Of a DNA stretch of 64,000 nucleotides, positions 9,773-19,363 are shown one piece after another. This DNA is from Candidatus Sericytochromatia bacterium (GTDB taxonomy: Bacteria; Cyanobacteriota; Sericytochromatia; S15B-MN24; JAQBPE01). The stretch spans positions 32,001 to 96,000 of the forward strand of contig JAYKHR010000045.1 of NCBI GenBank assembly GCA_035285125.1, in the 5' to 3' direction. The position numbers were made by a program, and so were the translations under genes. Numbering within the stretch: the stretch's first letter is position 1; each line of letters begins with the position of its first letter. Under the pieces are notes generated by a model. That model made no database searches and was not told the DNA's origin. It saw only the letters and a list, made by a program, of their open reading frames with translations.

Positions 9773-10240
9773 ATGGCCCCCATGATCGAGTCCGGGCAAG
9801 CGGCCCCGGCCTTCACGCTCACGGCACACACGGGAGAGGCCGTCTCCCTGGAGGCCCTGCGGGGCAAGACCGTGGTGCTGTACTTCTATCCGAAGGACGA
9901 CACGCCCGGCTGCACCAAGGAGGCGTGCTCGTTCCGCGACCACTGGGCGACGCTGCAGGCCCAGGGGGTGGTGGTGCTCGGCGTCAGCCCGGACGGCGTG
10001 GCGTCCCACGAGAAGTTCGCCACCAAGTACGCTCTGCCGTTTCCGCTGCTGGCCGACCCGGACCACGCCGTCGCAGAGGCCTATGGCACCTGGGGCTCCA
10101 AGTCGATGTACGGCAAGACGGTGACCGGCATTCTGCGGACGACGTTCCTGATCGGCGCGGACGGCATCGTGCGGCACGTCTTCAAGAAGCCCAAGACGGA
10201 CATCCACGCCGAAGAGGTGCTGGCCCGGTTGGCGCCGTGA
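9773..10240 (+). CDS. bcp: Peroxiredoxin Bcp/PrxQ
   Basis: YFYPKDDTPGCTKEAC motif; AGGAG SD upstream. Confidence 0.95.
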   Translation: MAPMIESGQAAPAFTLTAHTGEAVSLEALRGKTVVLYFYPKDDTPGCTKEACSFRDHWATLQAQGVVVLGVSPDGVASHEKFATKYALPFPLLADPDHAVAEAYGTWGSKSMYGKTVTGILRTTFLIGADGIVRHVFKKPKTDIHAEEVLARLAP

Positions 10241-10263
10241 TCATCCGGTCGGCAGGAGGCCCC

Positions 10264-11085
10264 ATGCGACGCACCCACACCCCCGCGATGCTTCTGACCC
10301 TGGCGGGCGGCCTCCTGCACGGCTGCATGCTCGCGACCCCGCCCACGGGGCTGTGCCTCACGGACGCCTGCCGCGACTTCGAGGCGAAGCGCACGGCCCA
10401 GGCCGCGCCGACGCCGCAGGACCAGAGCCACAAGGCACCGGACTTCGAACTCGTGTACCCTGGCTACTGGGGAATGATGGGGACGGCGGCCCGCAACGAG
10501 GCCGGCCAGGACGTGGTCCAGCCGCTGCTCGATCAGACAGACCCTAGCGGGCTCTCGACGCTGCGCATCTCCGTCGGGCGGTCGATCCCGGTGGCGGAGG
10601 GGGGCTCGGTGGCCGAGTCGCTGCGGGTGATCACCATCAACCGCCCGCTGACCCCGGGCACGCCGCCAGCGGCCTCCCTCGAGGAGCTGACGCGCCTCAC
10701 CACCCGGCAGAACTTCCAGGACGCGGCAGAGCTCGTGGAGGGCCCGGCCAAGCTGGCTGGCCTGCCCGGCTACCAGGTGTCGGTGGTGGGGCTGCCGCGC
10801 GCCGGCGGCACGCTGGCGATGCGGATGGTGACGCGCGCGGTGACCCACCGCAACCGCGGCTACATCGTCCGGCTCTCGGTGCCCGAGGTTCGCTACGCGG
10901 CGGCAGCCAGCGAGTACGACCGCGTCTTTTCAGGGTTCACGCTGCTCGACGGCGATCCTGTCTACCCGCTGCCGGCAGAGCCTGCCGCGGTGGCGTCGGG
11001 CCCGCTCTCTCCCACCGAGACGGTTGCGGCGACAGCGCCACAGCCCCCCGCCTCGCCCTCGCCCTCGCCAACGCCCGCCGGTTGA
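10264..11085 (+). CDS. Lipoprotein, possibly PsbP/DcrB-like fold
   Basis: Lipobox LLHGC; C-terminal pattern NRGYIVRL...YDRVFSGFTL; Pro-rich tail. Confidence 0.65.
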   Translation: MRRTHTPAMLLTLAGGLLHGCMLATPPTGLCLTDACRDFEAKRTAQAAPTPQDQSHKAPDFELVYPGYWGMMGTAARNEAGQDVVQPLLDQTDPSGLSTLRISVGRSIPVAEGGSVAESLRVITINRPLTPGTPPAASLEELTRLTTRQNFQDAAELVEGPAKLAGLPGYQVSVVGLPRAGGTLAMRMVTRAVTHRNRGYIVRLSVPEVRYAAAASEYDRVFSGFTLLDGDPVYPLPAEPAAVASGPLSPTETVAATAPQPPASPSPSPTPAG

Positions 11086-11159
11086 GGCGGCCGCGCCGGT
11101 CCCCGCGTCGGGGAGCCGGTCGGGTATACTGTAACGCGCCCCACCTCCGAGGAGATTCC

Positions 11160-12542
11160 ATGTCCCGCAAGATGTTTCTCAGCCTCGCCGCCACCATCCT
11201 GGTGGGCAGCGCCTCGACGCTGGGAGCCTGGGCTGCCCCGGCCCGGACGCCCCAGGAGAACGAGCTGATCGAGGCTGCCTACGGCGGCCTGCTCCCCAAG
11301 GTGACCAGCCTGCTGGACCAGGGGGCCTCGGTGGAAGCCCAGGACGAGAACGGCTACACCGCCCTGCACTGGGCAGCCCAGTCGGGCTGGCCGCTGACGA
11401 GCAAGGCGCTCCTCGCCCGTGGGGCTGCGGTGGATGCGCGAGACAACGTGGGCCGGACCCCCCTGCTGCTCGCGACCGTGCGGAAGAAGCCTGCCGTCGT
11501 GAAGGTGCTGATCGCCAGCGGCGCGGACCCCAACGCCAAGGACAGCAACGGCCTCAGCCCCCTGGAGTATGCCCGCACGAACCGCCTGGGGCCGCTCGTC
11601 GGCTTGTTGAGCCAGGGGGCCCTTCCCACGAAGCCCGCCGCCCACGGCGCAGCCCACGGCGACGCCCACGGCGACGCCCACGCCAAGCCAGCCAGCCACG
11701 GCGCAGCCCACGGCGACGCCCACGCCAAGCCAGCCAGCCACGGCGCGGCCCACGGCGACGCCCACGCCAAGCCCGCAGCCCACGGCGCAGCCCACGCCAA
11801 GCCAGCCAGCCACGGCGCGGCCCACGGCGACGCCCACGCCAAGCCCGCAGCCCACGGCGCAGCCCACGGCGCAGCCCACGGCGACGCCCACGCCAAGCCC
11901 GCAGCCCACGGCGCGGCCCACGGCGCGGCCCACGGCGACGCCCACGCCAAGCCCGCAGCCCACGGCGCGGCCCACGGCGACGCCCACGCCAAGACCGCAG
12001 CCCACGGCGCAGCCCACGGCGACGCCCACGCCAAGACCGCAGCCCACGGCGCAGCCCACGGCGCGGCCCACGGCGACACCCACGCCAAGACCGCAGCCCC
12101 TTCGGCAGGTCACGGAGACGACGACCACCACGATGCCCCCGCCCCGTTCCCCACGCCGGCGCGACCCGCTGCGGTGAAGACCGCGGGCGGCACGCCTGCC
12201 CGGGTGGCCTCGGCCAGCGGGGCCACGGCCACGCTCGGGGCGCGCTTCCGCAGCGAGCTGCAAAAGCTCTACGGGCAGTACACCGACCACGTGGGCAAGC
12301 GCGACCCGGATAACCTCAACCAGCGGGGCTTCGACCAGGACACCGAGGACAAGCTGGAGCAGCTGTTCAACCTGCTGGCATACGGTGGCAAGGAGTCCGT
12401 CACCCGGACGAAGCTGGCAGACGCCCGCAGCCTGCTGGCCGGCGCGCTCAAGCGCGCCGAGAGCCCGGACGGCAACGACGACAAGGACTGCCGCGAGACC
12501 CTCGAGGCTGTCGACCAGCTGCTCACGGCAGAGGGTTACTGA
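11160..12542 (+). CDS. Secreted ankyrin-repeat protein with His/Ala-rich tandem-repeat linker
   Basis: Signal-peptide-like N-terminus; ankyrin motifs GYTALHWAA, GRTPLLLA, GLSPLEYA; GAGGAG SD and TATACT upstream. Confidence 0.88.
   Translation: MSRKMFLSLAATILVGSASTLGAWAAPARTPQENELIEAAYGGLLPKVTSLLDQGASVEAQDENGYTALHWAAQSGWPLTSKALLARGAAVDARDNVGRTPLLLATVRKKPAVVKVLIASGADPNAKDSNGLSPLEYARTNRLGPLVGLLSQGALPTKPAAHGAAHGDAHGDAHAKPASHGAAHGDAHAKPASHGAAHGDAHAKPAAHGAAHAKPASHGAAHGDAHAKPAAHGAAHGAAHGDAHAKPAAHGAAHGAAHGDAHAKPAAHGAAHGDAHAKTAAHGAAHGDAHAKTAAHGAAHGAAHGDTHAKTAAPSAGHGDDDHHDAPAPFPTPARPAAVKTAGGTPARVASASGATATLGARFRSELQKLYGQYTDHVGKRDPDNLNQRGFDQDTEDKLEQLFNLLAYGGKESVTRTKLADARSLLAGALKRAESPDGNDDKDCRETLEAVDQLLTAEGY
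11631..12095 (+). repeat. Coding tandem repeat: ten K(P/T)A(A/S)H(G[A/D]AH)nA units built from 12-nt sub-units
   Basis: Repeated gcccacggcgc/gcccacggcgac/gcccacgccaag visible directly. Confidence 0.95.
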
Positions 12543-12638
12543 GCCCTGAACCGAAGGGCGCCCGCCGGCAGCCGGCGGCGCCCGGCAAGACCTGCATCAC
12601 CCTGACGACTTGAGGCCGCGGTACACATGCCGGCAGCC

Positions 12639-13427
12639 TCAGGTCGTCAGTCGGTGGCGGCGCAGGAAGGCCGCGTAGGCCGCTGAGAACACCGTGGGCT
12701 CGTACTCGCGGAACAGGTGCCCGGCCCGTGGCACAACCAGGATCTGGGCGTCCGGCCGCCTGGCCCGGACCTCCACGCAGGCTTCGAGCGGCACGAGCTC
12801 GTCACGGTCGCCCACGACGAAGAGCAGGGGCAGGCGCTCCCCCTCGGCCTCCAGGGCGTCCCAGCCCACGGCCGGCGTCTCGGGCAGGCCCTCCAGGAGG
12901 GTACCGACCTGCCGGGCCAGCCCCCGCCAGTGGTCCGGGCCGTGGTGGCGGCCGTGGAGCTCCGCCAGGTAGCGGTCCCAGTGCGGGTAGGCCCGGAGGA
13001 TCGCGTCGGGCTGGAAGAACTCCTGCCGGCCCGCGGCGTGGTCCCGGGTCCAGCCCGGCCGGACGCCCGCGAGGGCCAGGGTGGCCACCCGCTCCGGCGC
13101 GGCAGCGCGAAGCGCGAGCGCCACATAGCCCCCGAGCGAGGTGCCGAGGACGTGGACGCGCCCGAGCCCCAGGGCATCCAGCACGCCGAGCACATCGTCC
13201 CGCAGCATGTCGAGCTCGAAGCGCCCCCCGGGGTTGCTGCTGGCGCCATGCCCCCGCAGGTCCACCCCGATCAGCCGGTGACGGGCCGACAGCGGCCCCA
13301 ACACCAGCCTGTAGTTCTGCTCTGCCGTGGACAGCGCCCCGTGCAGCAGGAGCACAGGCTCGCCGTCCTCCCCCCAGGAAGCCCACGCAATCTCGGCGCC
13401 GTCAGGGGCGCGCCACGAGGAAGACAT
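12639..13427 (-). CDS. Alpha/beta hydrolase
   Basis: LLHG, DLRGHG, GTSLGG nucleophile elbow, GDRDELVP, AGH. Confidence 0.92.
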   Translation of the reverse strand: MSSSWRAPDGAEIAWASWGEDGEPVLLLHGALSTAEQNYRLVLGPLSARHRLIGVDLRGHGASSNPGGRFELDMLRDDVLGVLDALGLGRVHVLGTSLGGYVALALRAAAPERVATLALAGVRPGWTRDHAAGRQEFFQPDAILRAYPHWDRYLAELHGRHHGPDHWRGLARQVGTLLEGLPETPAVGWDALEAEGERLPLLFVVGDRDELVPLEACVEVRARRPDAQILVVPRAGHLFREYEPTVFSAAYAAFLRRHRLTT

Positions 13428-13433
13428 CGCGCG

Positions 13434-14783
13434 TCACCCCACGCGGCTGGGGTTGGCCTCAGCGGCGACCTCGGACCGCTGCTCGGCGGCCGGCCGACCC
13501 ACGGAGTCGTACATGAACCCGAGCGAAGCCATCTTGCCGGGCTCGAAGACGTTGCGGCCATCGACCACGATCGGGCTACGCATCAGCGTCTTGAGGTAAG
13601 GCAGGTTCAGGCCCTGGAACTCGGCCCACTCCGTCAGCAACAGGAGGCAGTCGGCCCCCTCCGCCGCGGCGTAGGGGTGCTCGACGAAGGTGACGTCCGC
13701 CAGGACCTCGCGAGCCGTCTCGTGCGCCACGGGGTCGTACACCCGCACCACCGCGCCGCGCGCCTGCAGCCAGGGAATGATCTCCGCGCTGGGGGCCCCG
13801 CGCATGTCGTCGGTGTTGGGCTTGAAGGCCAGGCCGAGCACGCCGACAACCTTGCCGACGAGGTCGTCGCCCAGCGCACCAGTCACCTTGTGGGCCAAGT
13901 GGCGGCGCTGGTCCGCGTTGATGCGCTCCACGGCCCTCAGCAGCTCGAAGTCGTAGCCGTGCTTCTCGGCGATGGAGATGAAGGCCGCCACGTCCTTGGG
14001 GAAGCACGCCCCGCCATAGCCCACGCCGGCCCGCAGGAACTGCTCCCCGATGCGCTTGTCGAGGCCCACACCCTTTGCCACCTTCGTGATGTCGGCCCCG
14101 GTGCGCTCGCAAATTTGGGCCACGGCGTTGATGAAGCTGATCTTCATGGCAAGGAACGCGTTGGAGGCGTGCTTGATGAGCTCTGCGCTATTGAGGTCCG
14201 TCACGAGGATCGGGGCATTCAGCGGGGTGTACAGCTTGATGAGCAGGGAGGCGGCCCGGTCCGAGTTGACGCCGATTACCACGCGGTCGGACTCCAGGAA
14301 GTCCCGGATGGCCGACCCCTCCCGCAAGAACTCTGGGTTGCTGGCGATGTCGAAGTCGGCACCGGCGGGCAGGTGGCTGCGGAACAGCTCGGCCAGCCAC
14401 TCCCCCGTGCGCACCGGCACCGTGCTCTTCTCGACGATGAGCTTGTAGCCGTTCATGGCCGGCGCCATCGCCCGCGCCACGTGCTCGAAGGCTGACAGGT
14501 CCGCCTCGCCGTTCGGTTTGGGCGGGGTGCCGACGCAGATGAAGATGGCCTCAGAGCACGCCGTGGCCTCGGCGATGTCCGTCGTGAAGTGGAGCCGCCC
14601 CTCCGCCACGTTCGTGCGCACCAGCACGTCGAGACCTGGCTCGTAGATGGGCATCTGCCCCGCCTTGAGCTTCTCGACCTTCGCGACCTGGTTGTCCACG
14701 CACACGACGCGATGCCCCAGGTGCGCGAAGCAGGCGCCGGTCACGAGGCCGACGTAGCCGCTCCCGATGATGGCGATGTCCAT
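13434..14783 (-). CDS. ugd: UDP-glucose 6-dehydrogenase
   Basis: GSGYVG, KSTVP, SNPEFLREG, GYGGACFPKD, GLAFKPNTDD. Confidence 0.96.
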   Translation of the reverse strand: MDIAIIGSGYVGLVTGACFAHLGHRVVCVDNQVAKVEKLKAGQMPIYEPGLDVLVRTNVAEGRLHFTTDIAEATACSEAIFICVGTPPKPNGEADLSAFEHVARAMAPAMNGYKLIVEKSTVPVRTGEWLAELFRSHLPAGADFDIASNPEFLREGSAIRDFLESDRVVIGVNSDRAASLLIKLYTPLNAPILVTDLNSAELIKHASNAFLAMKISFINAVAQICERTGADITKVAKGVGLDKRIGEQFLRAGVGYGGACFPKDVAAFISIAEKHGYDFELLRAVERINADQRRHLAHKVTGALGDDLVGKVVGVLGLAFKPNTDDMRGAPSAEIIPWLQARGAVVRVYDPVAHETAREVLADVTFVEHPYAAAEGADCLLLLTEWAEFQGLNLPYLKTLMRSPIVVDGRNVFEPGKMASLGFMYDSVGRPAAEQRSEVAAEANPSRVG

Positions 14784-14849
14784 TGGGCGCTCCCCCTTCT
14801 CGAACGGGTCGGATGTGATGCCCATGACATCGGCGACCTGCCACCAATT

Positions 14850-15371
14850 CTACAGCTTTTGGCCGGGTTTCTGCGCCTCTGCCGCGAGCGCGAGCAGCTT
14901 GGAGAGCAGCCCCTGCACGGCGGGCCGGCTGAAGCCAGCGCGCGCCAGCGCCCCGATGGCGTTGAAGGTCGCCCGCAACACCTCGGCGATGGACACGGCG
15001 CCGCGCTCGGCGAGCGCGTTGGACCGCTGCTTCGCGTGGCCCACGACCGTCAGCAAGGTCGCCTCCAACGGCGCCAGGACCCGGATGAGGCCCTCCAGCA
15101 CCCGGCGCACCACCACGACGCGCGTCTGGGACGCCAAGACCTTGAGGCGCTCCCAGCGGGGCGCCAATCGACGCCAGGCCCAGACGACGAGGCCAGCGAG
15201 GTGCCGCACCATCCAGGCCTGCAGGGCCCGCAGGCGAGGCACCACCACCCGATCCAAGAACAGCTTGGCGAGGAGGATGACGATCATCACCGCCGCCACG
15301 GCCATGTTGCGCGCGCGGGTCGCTGCCTCTTGGAGCACCTCGCCAGGCGAGTTGGATGGCTGGATGGTCAT
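14850..15371 (-). CDS. Hypothetical membrane-associated protein
   Basis: 173-aa ORF filling the gap between rodZ and ugd; one hydrophobic segment plus amphipathic helices. Confidence 0.55.
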   Translation of the reverse strand: MTIQPSNSPGEVLQEAATRARNMAVAAVMIVILLAKLFLDRVVVPRLRALQAWMVRHLAGLVVWAWRRLAPRWERLKVLASQTRVVVVRRVLEGLIRVLAPLEATLLTVVGHAKQRSNALAERGAVSIAEVLRATFNAIGALARAGFSRPAVQGLLSKLLALAAEAQKPGQKL

Positions 15372-15419
15372 GCCTTCGGGAGCCCCTCAGCCCTCGTCAT
15401 CACGCCCGGCGCGCAGGCC

Positions 15420-16292
15420 TCAGGGTTTGAAGACGCGGGTCACGACCTCGCCGTGGGCCCCGAGCCGTCCGGCTTCCCGGCCGTTCCGGAACACGTGGAC
15501 ACCCCCGGCGTTGCCAGCAGAGACCTCTATTTCATTGCCCTTGAAGCGGTGCATCTCGCCCCGGTTCGCGATGCCTTCCTTCACAAGGCGCCCGCCGACG
15601 CGCACCTCAATCCAGGACCGCTCCTTGAGGGCAAGCGTCAGGGAGATGGTGTCGGGCTTGGCCGTTGCCGCAGGGCTCGGGGCCTCGGTCGGCGCGACGC
15701 TTGGCGGCGCGGACGAGACCGCCGTCGCAGCCGTGGCGACAGGCTCAGCCGGGGGAGCACCAGAGGCGGGGAGGGCAGCTGAAGCCGCGGCCTCGACGGC
15801 CACGCTGCGCGTCGCCACCACGGCCTCGAGGGCAGGCGTGGCAGCGACGTCCGGGCTCACGGCCGCCACGGCGCTGGCCTCGGCCTGGCCAGGCTCGGCG
15901 GGCGACAGGGAGGGCTGGGGCGCCTCGACCACGCTGACGCGGGGTTGGAAGTACCAGGCCAGCCCGAGCAGCAGCAGCAAGAAAGCCCCGATCGCCGCGT
16001 AGTAGCCCAGCGGGCCGCTGCCCTGGCGCAGGTCCGGCAAGGGTGCCGTGGGAACCGGCGCGGGCCTGTAGAAGTCCGCCACGTCGGTGGGCGAGAGGCC
16101 CACGACCTCCGCGTACTTCTTGAGGAAGCCCCGGACGTAGAACACCTCCGGCAGGTCCGCCTCAAGGCCCTCTTCGATGGCCTTGAGGTGGCGCACGGTG
16201 ATGCGCGTACGGCTGGAGACCTCAGCCAGGCTGAGGCCCTGAGCCTCACGCGCCTGCTTCAGACGCTGTCCGACCTCGCTCAGGCTAGCCAC
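15420..16292 (-). CDS. rodZ: Cytoskeleton protein RodZ (HTH + TM + DUF4115-like)
   Basis: GQRLKQAREAQGLSL..TRI..HLKAIEEG..YVRGFLKKYA; TM helix; SWIEV..GNAGG C-terminal domain. Confidence 0.88.
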   Translation of the reverse strand: MASLSEVGQRLKQAREAQGLSLAEVSSRTRITVRHLKAIEEGLEADLPEVFYVRGFLKKYAEVVGLSPTDVADFYRPAPVPTAPLPDLRQGSGPLGYYAAIGAFLLLLLGLAWYFQPRVSVVEAPQPSLSPAEPGQAEASAVAAVSPDVAATPALEAVVATRSVAVEAAASAALPASGAPPAEPVATAATAVSSAPPSVAPTEAPSPAATAKPDTISLTLALKERSWIEVRVGGRLVKEGIANRGEMHRFKGNEIEVSAGNAGGVHVFRNGREAGRLGAHGEVVTRVFKP

Positions 16293-17034
16293 GGGCCCCC
16301 CCCCGACCTTGTGTGCGCCGCGCGCTGCGCAGCAGCGCTTGGACTTCCGCTTCCAACAGTGGCCGGAACTGCCCCTCGGGAAGGTTTCCAGCCGTCATTT
16401 CACCGATGGCGACGCGCTCCAACCGGACCACGGGGTGACCGACGGCTTCCATCATACGTCGGACCTGCCGGTTTCGTCCCTCCCGGATGGTGACGGCCAG
16501 CGTGGTGGTGTCGGCGCGCCGGTCCAGGGCCTCGACGCGGGCCGGGAGGGTGGTGCCGCCCTCGAGTCGCACCCCGTCTCGCAGCGTCGTCAGCGCCGAG
16601 GCGCTCGGCCGGCCACGCACCTCGGCCACGTAGGTCTTGGCGATGCCGTGCCGCGGGTGCGTCAGCGCCTCGGTGAAGCCACCGTCGTTGGTGACGATGA
16701 GCAGGCCCGAGGTGTCGCGGTCCAGCCGCCCGACAGGGTGCAGCCCGGGCGCATAGGGCACCAACTCCAGCACGGTCTTGCGCCCCTGTGGGTCGTAGCA
16801 CGTGCTCAGGTAGCCCCGGGGCTTGTTGAGCAGGTAGTAGGCGCGTTCGGAAGCGATCAGGACAGGCCGGCCGTCGACCTCCACGCGGTCCACCGCCGGG
16901 TCGGCCTGGGCGCCGAGTTGCGTCACCACGACGCCGTTGACGGCCACCCGGCCCGCCACGATCAGCGCCTCGCTGTGGCGCCTGGAGGCGATGCCGGCCT
17001 GGGCAAGGATCTTCTGCAGGCGTTGGGCAGGCAT
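16285..17034 (-). CDS. rluB: rRNA pseudouridine synthase (RluB/RsuA family)
   Basis: S4 domain RLQKILAQAGIASRR; GRLDRDTSGL; EGRNRQVRRM. Confidence 0.93.
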   Translation of the reverse strand: MPAQRLQKILAQAGIASRRHSEALIVAGRVAVNGVVVTQLGAQADPAVDRVEVDGRPVLIASERAYYLLNKPRGYLSTCYDPQGRKTVLELVPYAPGLHPVGRLDRDTSGLLIVTNDGGFTEALTHPRHGIAKTYVAEVRGRPSASALTTLRDGVRLEGGTTLPARVEALDRRADTTTLAVTIREGRNRQVRRMMEAVGHPVVRLERVAIGEMTAGNLPEGQFRPLLEAEVQALLRSARRTQGRGGARG

Positions 17035-17103
17035 GGCTCAGGGGCTAGTCAGGGGGGGCCGGGTCATCGTAGGGGGAGCGCGTCGGGAGATCGGTGGCGG
17101 GGC

Positions 17104-18141
17104 TCACGAGCCGGCCGGACGCAGCCGGCCTGTGCCGTCGTACTGGTTGAGGCCCATCGCCTCGCGCACGCGCTCCACGGTCTCTGCCGTGACGGCCCGG
17201 GCCCGCTGGTTCCCAGCCGCCACGATGTCGTCGAGGCGATCGGGATCGGCCGCCAGCACCGCCCGCCGCTCGCGCATCGGCTCGAGCATCGCGTTGATGC
17301 GCCCGGCCATGTCGCGCTTGCACTGGACGCAGCCGACCTCGCCAGCCCGGCAGGCCGCCGCCACCGCGGGCGCCTCCGCCGGGGCGTAGGTCTCCCAGCC
17401 GGTGTAGATCGCACACACCTCGGGGTGGCCCGGGTCGGTCTTGCGCGCCCGCGACGGGTCTGTCACGGTGCTCAGGACCTTCTGCGTGACGGCCTCGGCC
17501 GGGTCTCCGAGCTTGATGTCGTTGCCGTAGCTCTTGCTCATCTTGCGCCCGTCGAGGCCGAAGACCACGGGCATCGGGGCCAACAGCGGCCGCGGCTCCG
17601 GGAAGAGCTCCACGCCGAACTGGTGGTTGAAGCGCCGGGCGATGTCCCGCGAGATCTCCAGGTGGGCCACCTGGTCTTCCCCGACGGGCACCAGCGCCCC
17701 CAGCACGCCCAGGATGTCGGCCGTCTGCAAGGCCGGGTAACCCAGCAGGCCATAGCTGACGGTGTCCTCGGCCATGTGGAGCTCCCGCACCATCTCCTTG
17801 AGCGTCGGGTCGCGCTGGAGCCAGTTGACGGGCGTGACCATCGAGAGCAGCAGGTGCAGCTCAGCGGTCTCGAGCACCGCGGACTGGACGTAGATGGTGG
17901 CCTTGTCGGGGTCCACGCCTGCGGCCAGCCAGTCGAGCACGATGGCCCGGGTGTGCGCGCGCAGGTGCTCGGTCTTGCCGAGGCCCGTGGTGAGCATGTG
18001 CCAGTCGGCGGCCGCGAAGAAGCAGTCGTAGCTGTCCTGAAGGCGCGTCCAGTTGACGAGCACGCCGAGGTGGTGCCCCACGTGCAGCGTGCCCGTGGTG
18101 CGCATTCCACTCATGACGCGTTGTCTGGCCACGGACCGCAT
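17104..18141 (-). CDS. trpS: Tryptophanyl-tRNA synthetase
   Basis: SGMRTTGTLHVGH (HIGH-like), YPALQTADIL, VPVGEDQ, KMSKS. Confidence 0.96.
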   Translation of the reverse strand: MRSVARQRVMSGMRTTGTLHVGHHLGVLVNWTRLQDSYDCFFAAADWHMLTTGLGKTEHLRAHTRAIVLDWLAAGVDPDKATIYVQSAVLETAELHLLLSMVTPVNWLQRDPTLKEMVRELHMAEDTVSYGLLGYPALQTADILGVLGALVPVGEDQVAHLEISRDIARRFNHQFGVELFPEPRPLLAPMPVVFGLDGRKMSKSYGNDIKLGDPAEAVTQKVLSTVTDPSRARKTDPGHPEVCAIYTGWETYAPAEAPAVAAACRAGEVGCVQCKRDMAGRINAMLEPMRERRAVLAADPDRLDDIVAAGNQRARAVTAETVERVREAMGLNQYDGTGRLRPAGS

Positions 18142-18260
18142 CCTCTCTCGACGGGGCCTCATCATACCCCCGGCCTGGCCTGCCGGCAATGTGCCGGCTT
18201 GTGCCTGGCCCGGGGCACAGGGTACAACGTTCGCGGCATCGATGAGAAAGGCACCTTCGT

Positions 18261-19121
18261 ATGTACGGCCCCTCGACCAAGTCCACGCGCGCCCCCGTCA
18301 CCGTGCACGAACTCCAGGCCATGCGCGCACGCGGCGAGCGGATCGTGGCGCTCACGGCCTATGACCACACGACGGCCCGCATCGCCGACGAGGCCGGCGT
18401 CGACGTGCTGCTGGTCGGGGACTCGCTCGGCATGGTGGTGCTCGGCTACGACAGCACGCTGCCCGTGACGATGGAGGAGATGCTGCATCACACCCGGGCC
18501 GTGGCGCGCGGCACCCGGCGGGCCTGGGTGATCGGCGACATGCCGTTCATGGCCTACCACGCGAGCGTGGAGGAGGCCGTCCGCAACGCCGGCAGGTTCT
18601 TGAAGGAGGGTGGGGCCAAGGCTGTGAAGCTCGAGGGCGGCCAACCGCACCAGCTTGCCTGCATCCGCGCCATCACGCAGGCCGGCATCCCGCTGGTGGC
18701 CCACCTCGGCTTCACGCCCCAGGCCGTCCATGCCATCGGGCTGCGCGTGCAGGCCAAGACGACGACGGGCATCGAGGCGCTGATCGCCGAGGCCGCCGCC
18801 GTGGAGGCCGCGGGCGCCTCGGCCCTGGTGCTGGAGCTGGTCCCGGCGGAGGTTGCCGAGCGCGTCACGGCCCACGTCGGCATCCCCACCATCGGCATCG
18901 GGGCCGGCGCGGGCTGCAGCGGCCAGATCCAGGTGGTGCACGACTTGCTGGGGCTGGACCCGACCTTCCTGCCCCGGCACGCCAAGCGATACGCCACGCT
19001 CCACGAGCCAATGGTGCAGGCCATGTCGGACTATGCGGCGGACGTCCGCGCGGGGCAGTTCCCGGAAGCAGGCCACAGCGCCCACGTGAACGTCTCGGCC
19101 CTGCCCCCCGTGGAGGCCTAG
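18261..19121 (+). CDS. panB: 3-methyl-2-oxobutanoate hydroxymethyltransferase
   Basis: LTAYD, LVGDSLGM, DMPF, KLEGG, IGIGAG. Confidence 0.97.
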   Translation: MYGPSTKSTRAPVTVHELQAMRARGERIVALTAYDHTTARIADEAGVDVLLVGDSLGMVVLGYDSTLPVTMEEMLHHTRAVARGTRRAWVIGDMPFMAYHASVEEAVRNAGRFLKEGGAKAVKLEGGQPHQLACIRAITQAGIPLVAHLGFTPQAVHAIGLRVQAKTTTGIEALIAEAAAVEAAGASALVLELVPAEVAERVTAHVGIPTIGIGAGAGCSGQIQVVHDLLGLDPTFLPRHAKRYATLHEPMVQAMSDYAADVRAGQFPEAGHSAHVNVSALPPVEA

Positions 19122-19150
19122 GCGCTCAGCCGTCTGGTATGATGAAGCCG

Positions 19151-19354
19151 ATGACCGCCACCAGCAACCTCCCCGACGCCCTCCCGCCCGCCGCCGACTG
19201 GAACTGGCGCGCCGAGCTCGCGGCCCTCGAGGCCAAGATGGCCCACGTGGCCTCGCGGTCGAGCTGGGACTGGCGCCAGGCCCTCGCTGACATCGAGGCG
19301 GACCTGGAGCGGATCGCCGCCCGGCTCTCCACGCCGCCTCAAGCCACGTCCTGA
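19151..19354 (+). CDS. Small hypothetical protein with 22-aa internal duplication
   Basis: TGgTATGAT 7 nt before ATG 19151; WNWRAELAALEA / WDWRQALADIEA repeats. Confidence 0.65.
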   Translation: MTATSNLPDALPPAADWNWRAELAALEAKMAHVASRSSWDWRQALADIEADLERIAARLSTPPQATS

Positions 19355-19363
19355 GGCTCGGCC

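Noticed and set aside
11631..12095. Repeat tract considered as CRISPR or as antisense AWASPW / GLGVGVAV proteins
   Set aside because: No unique spacers or cas genes; all units are multiples of 3 inside the ankyrin ORF
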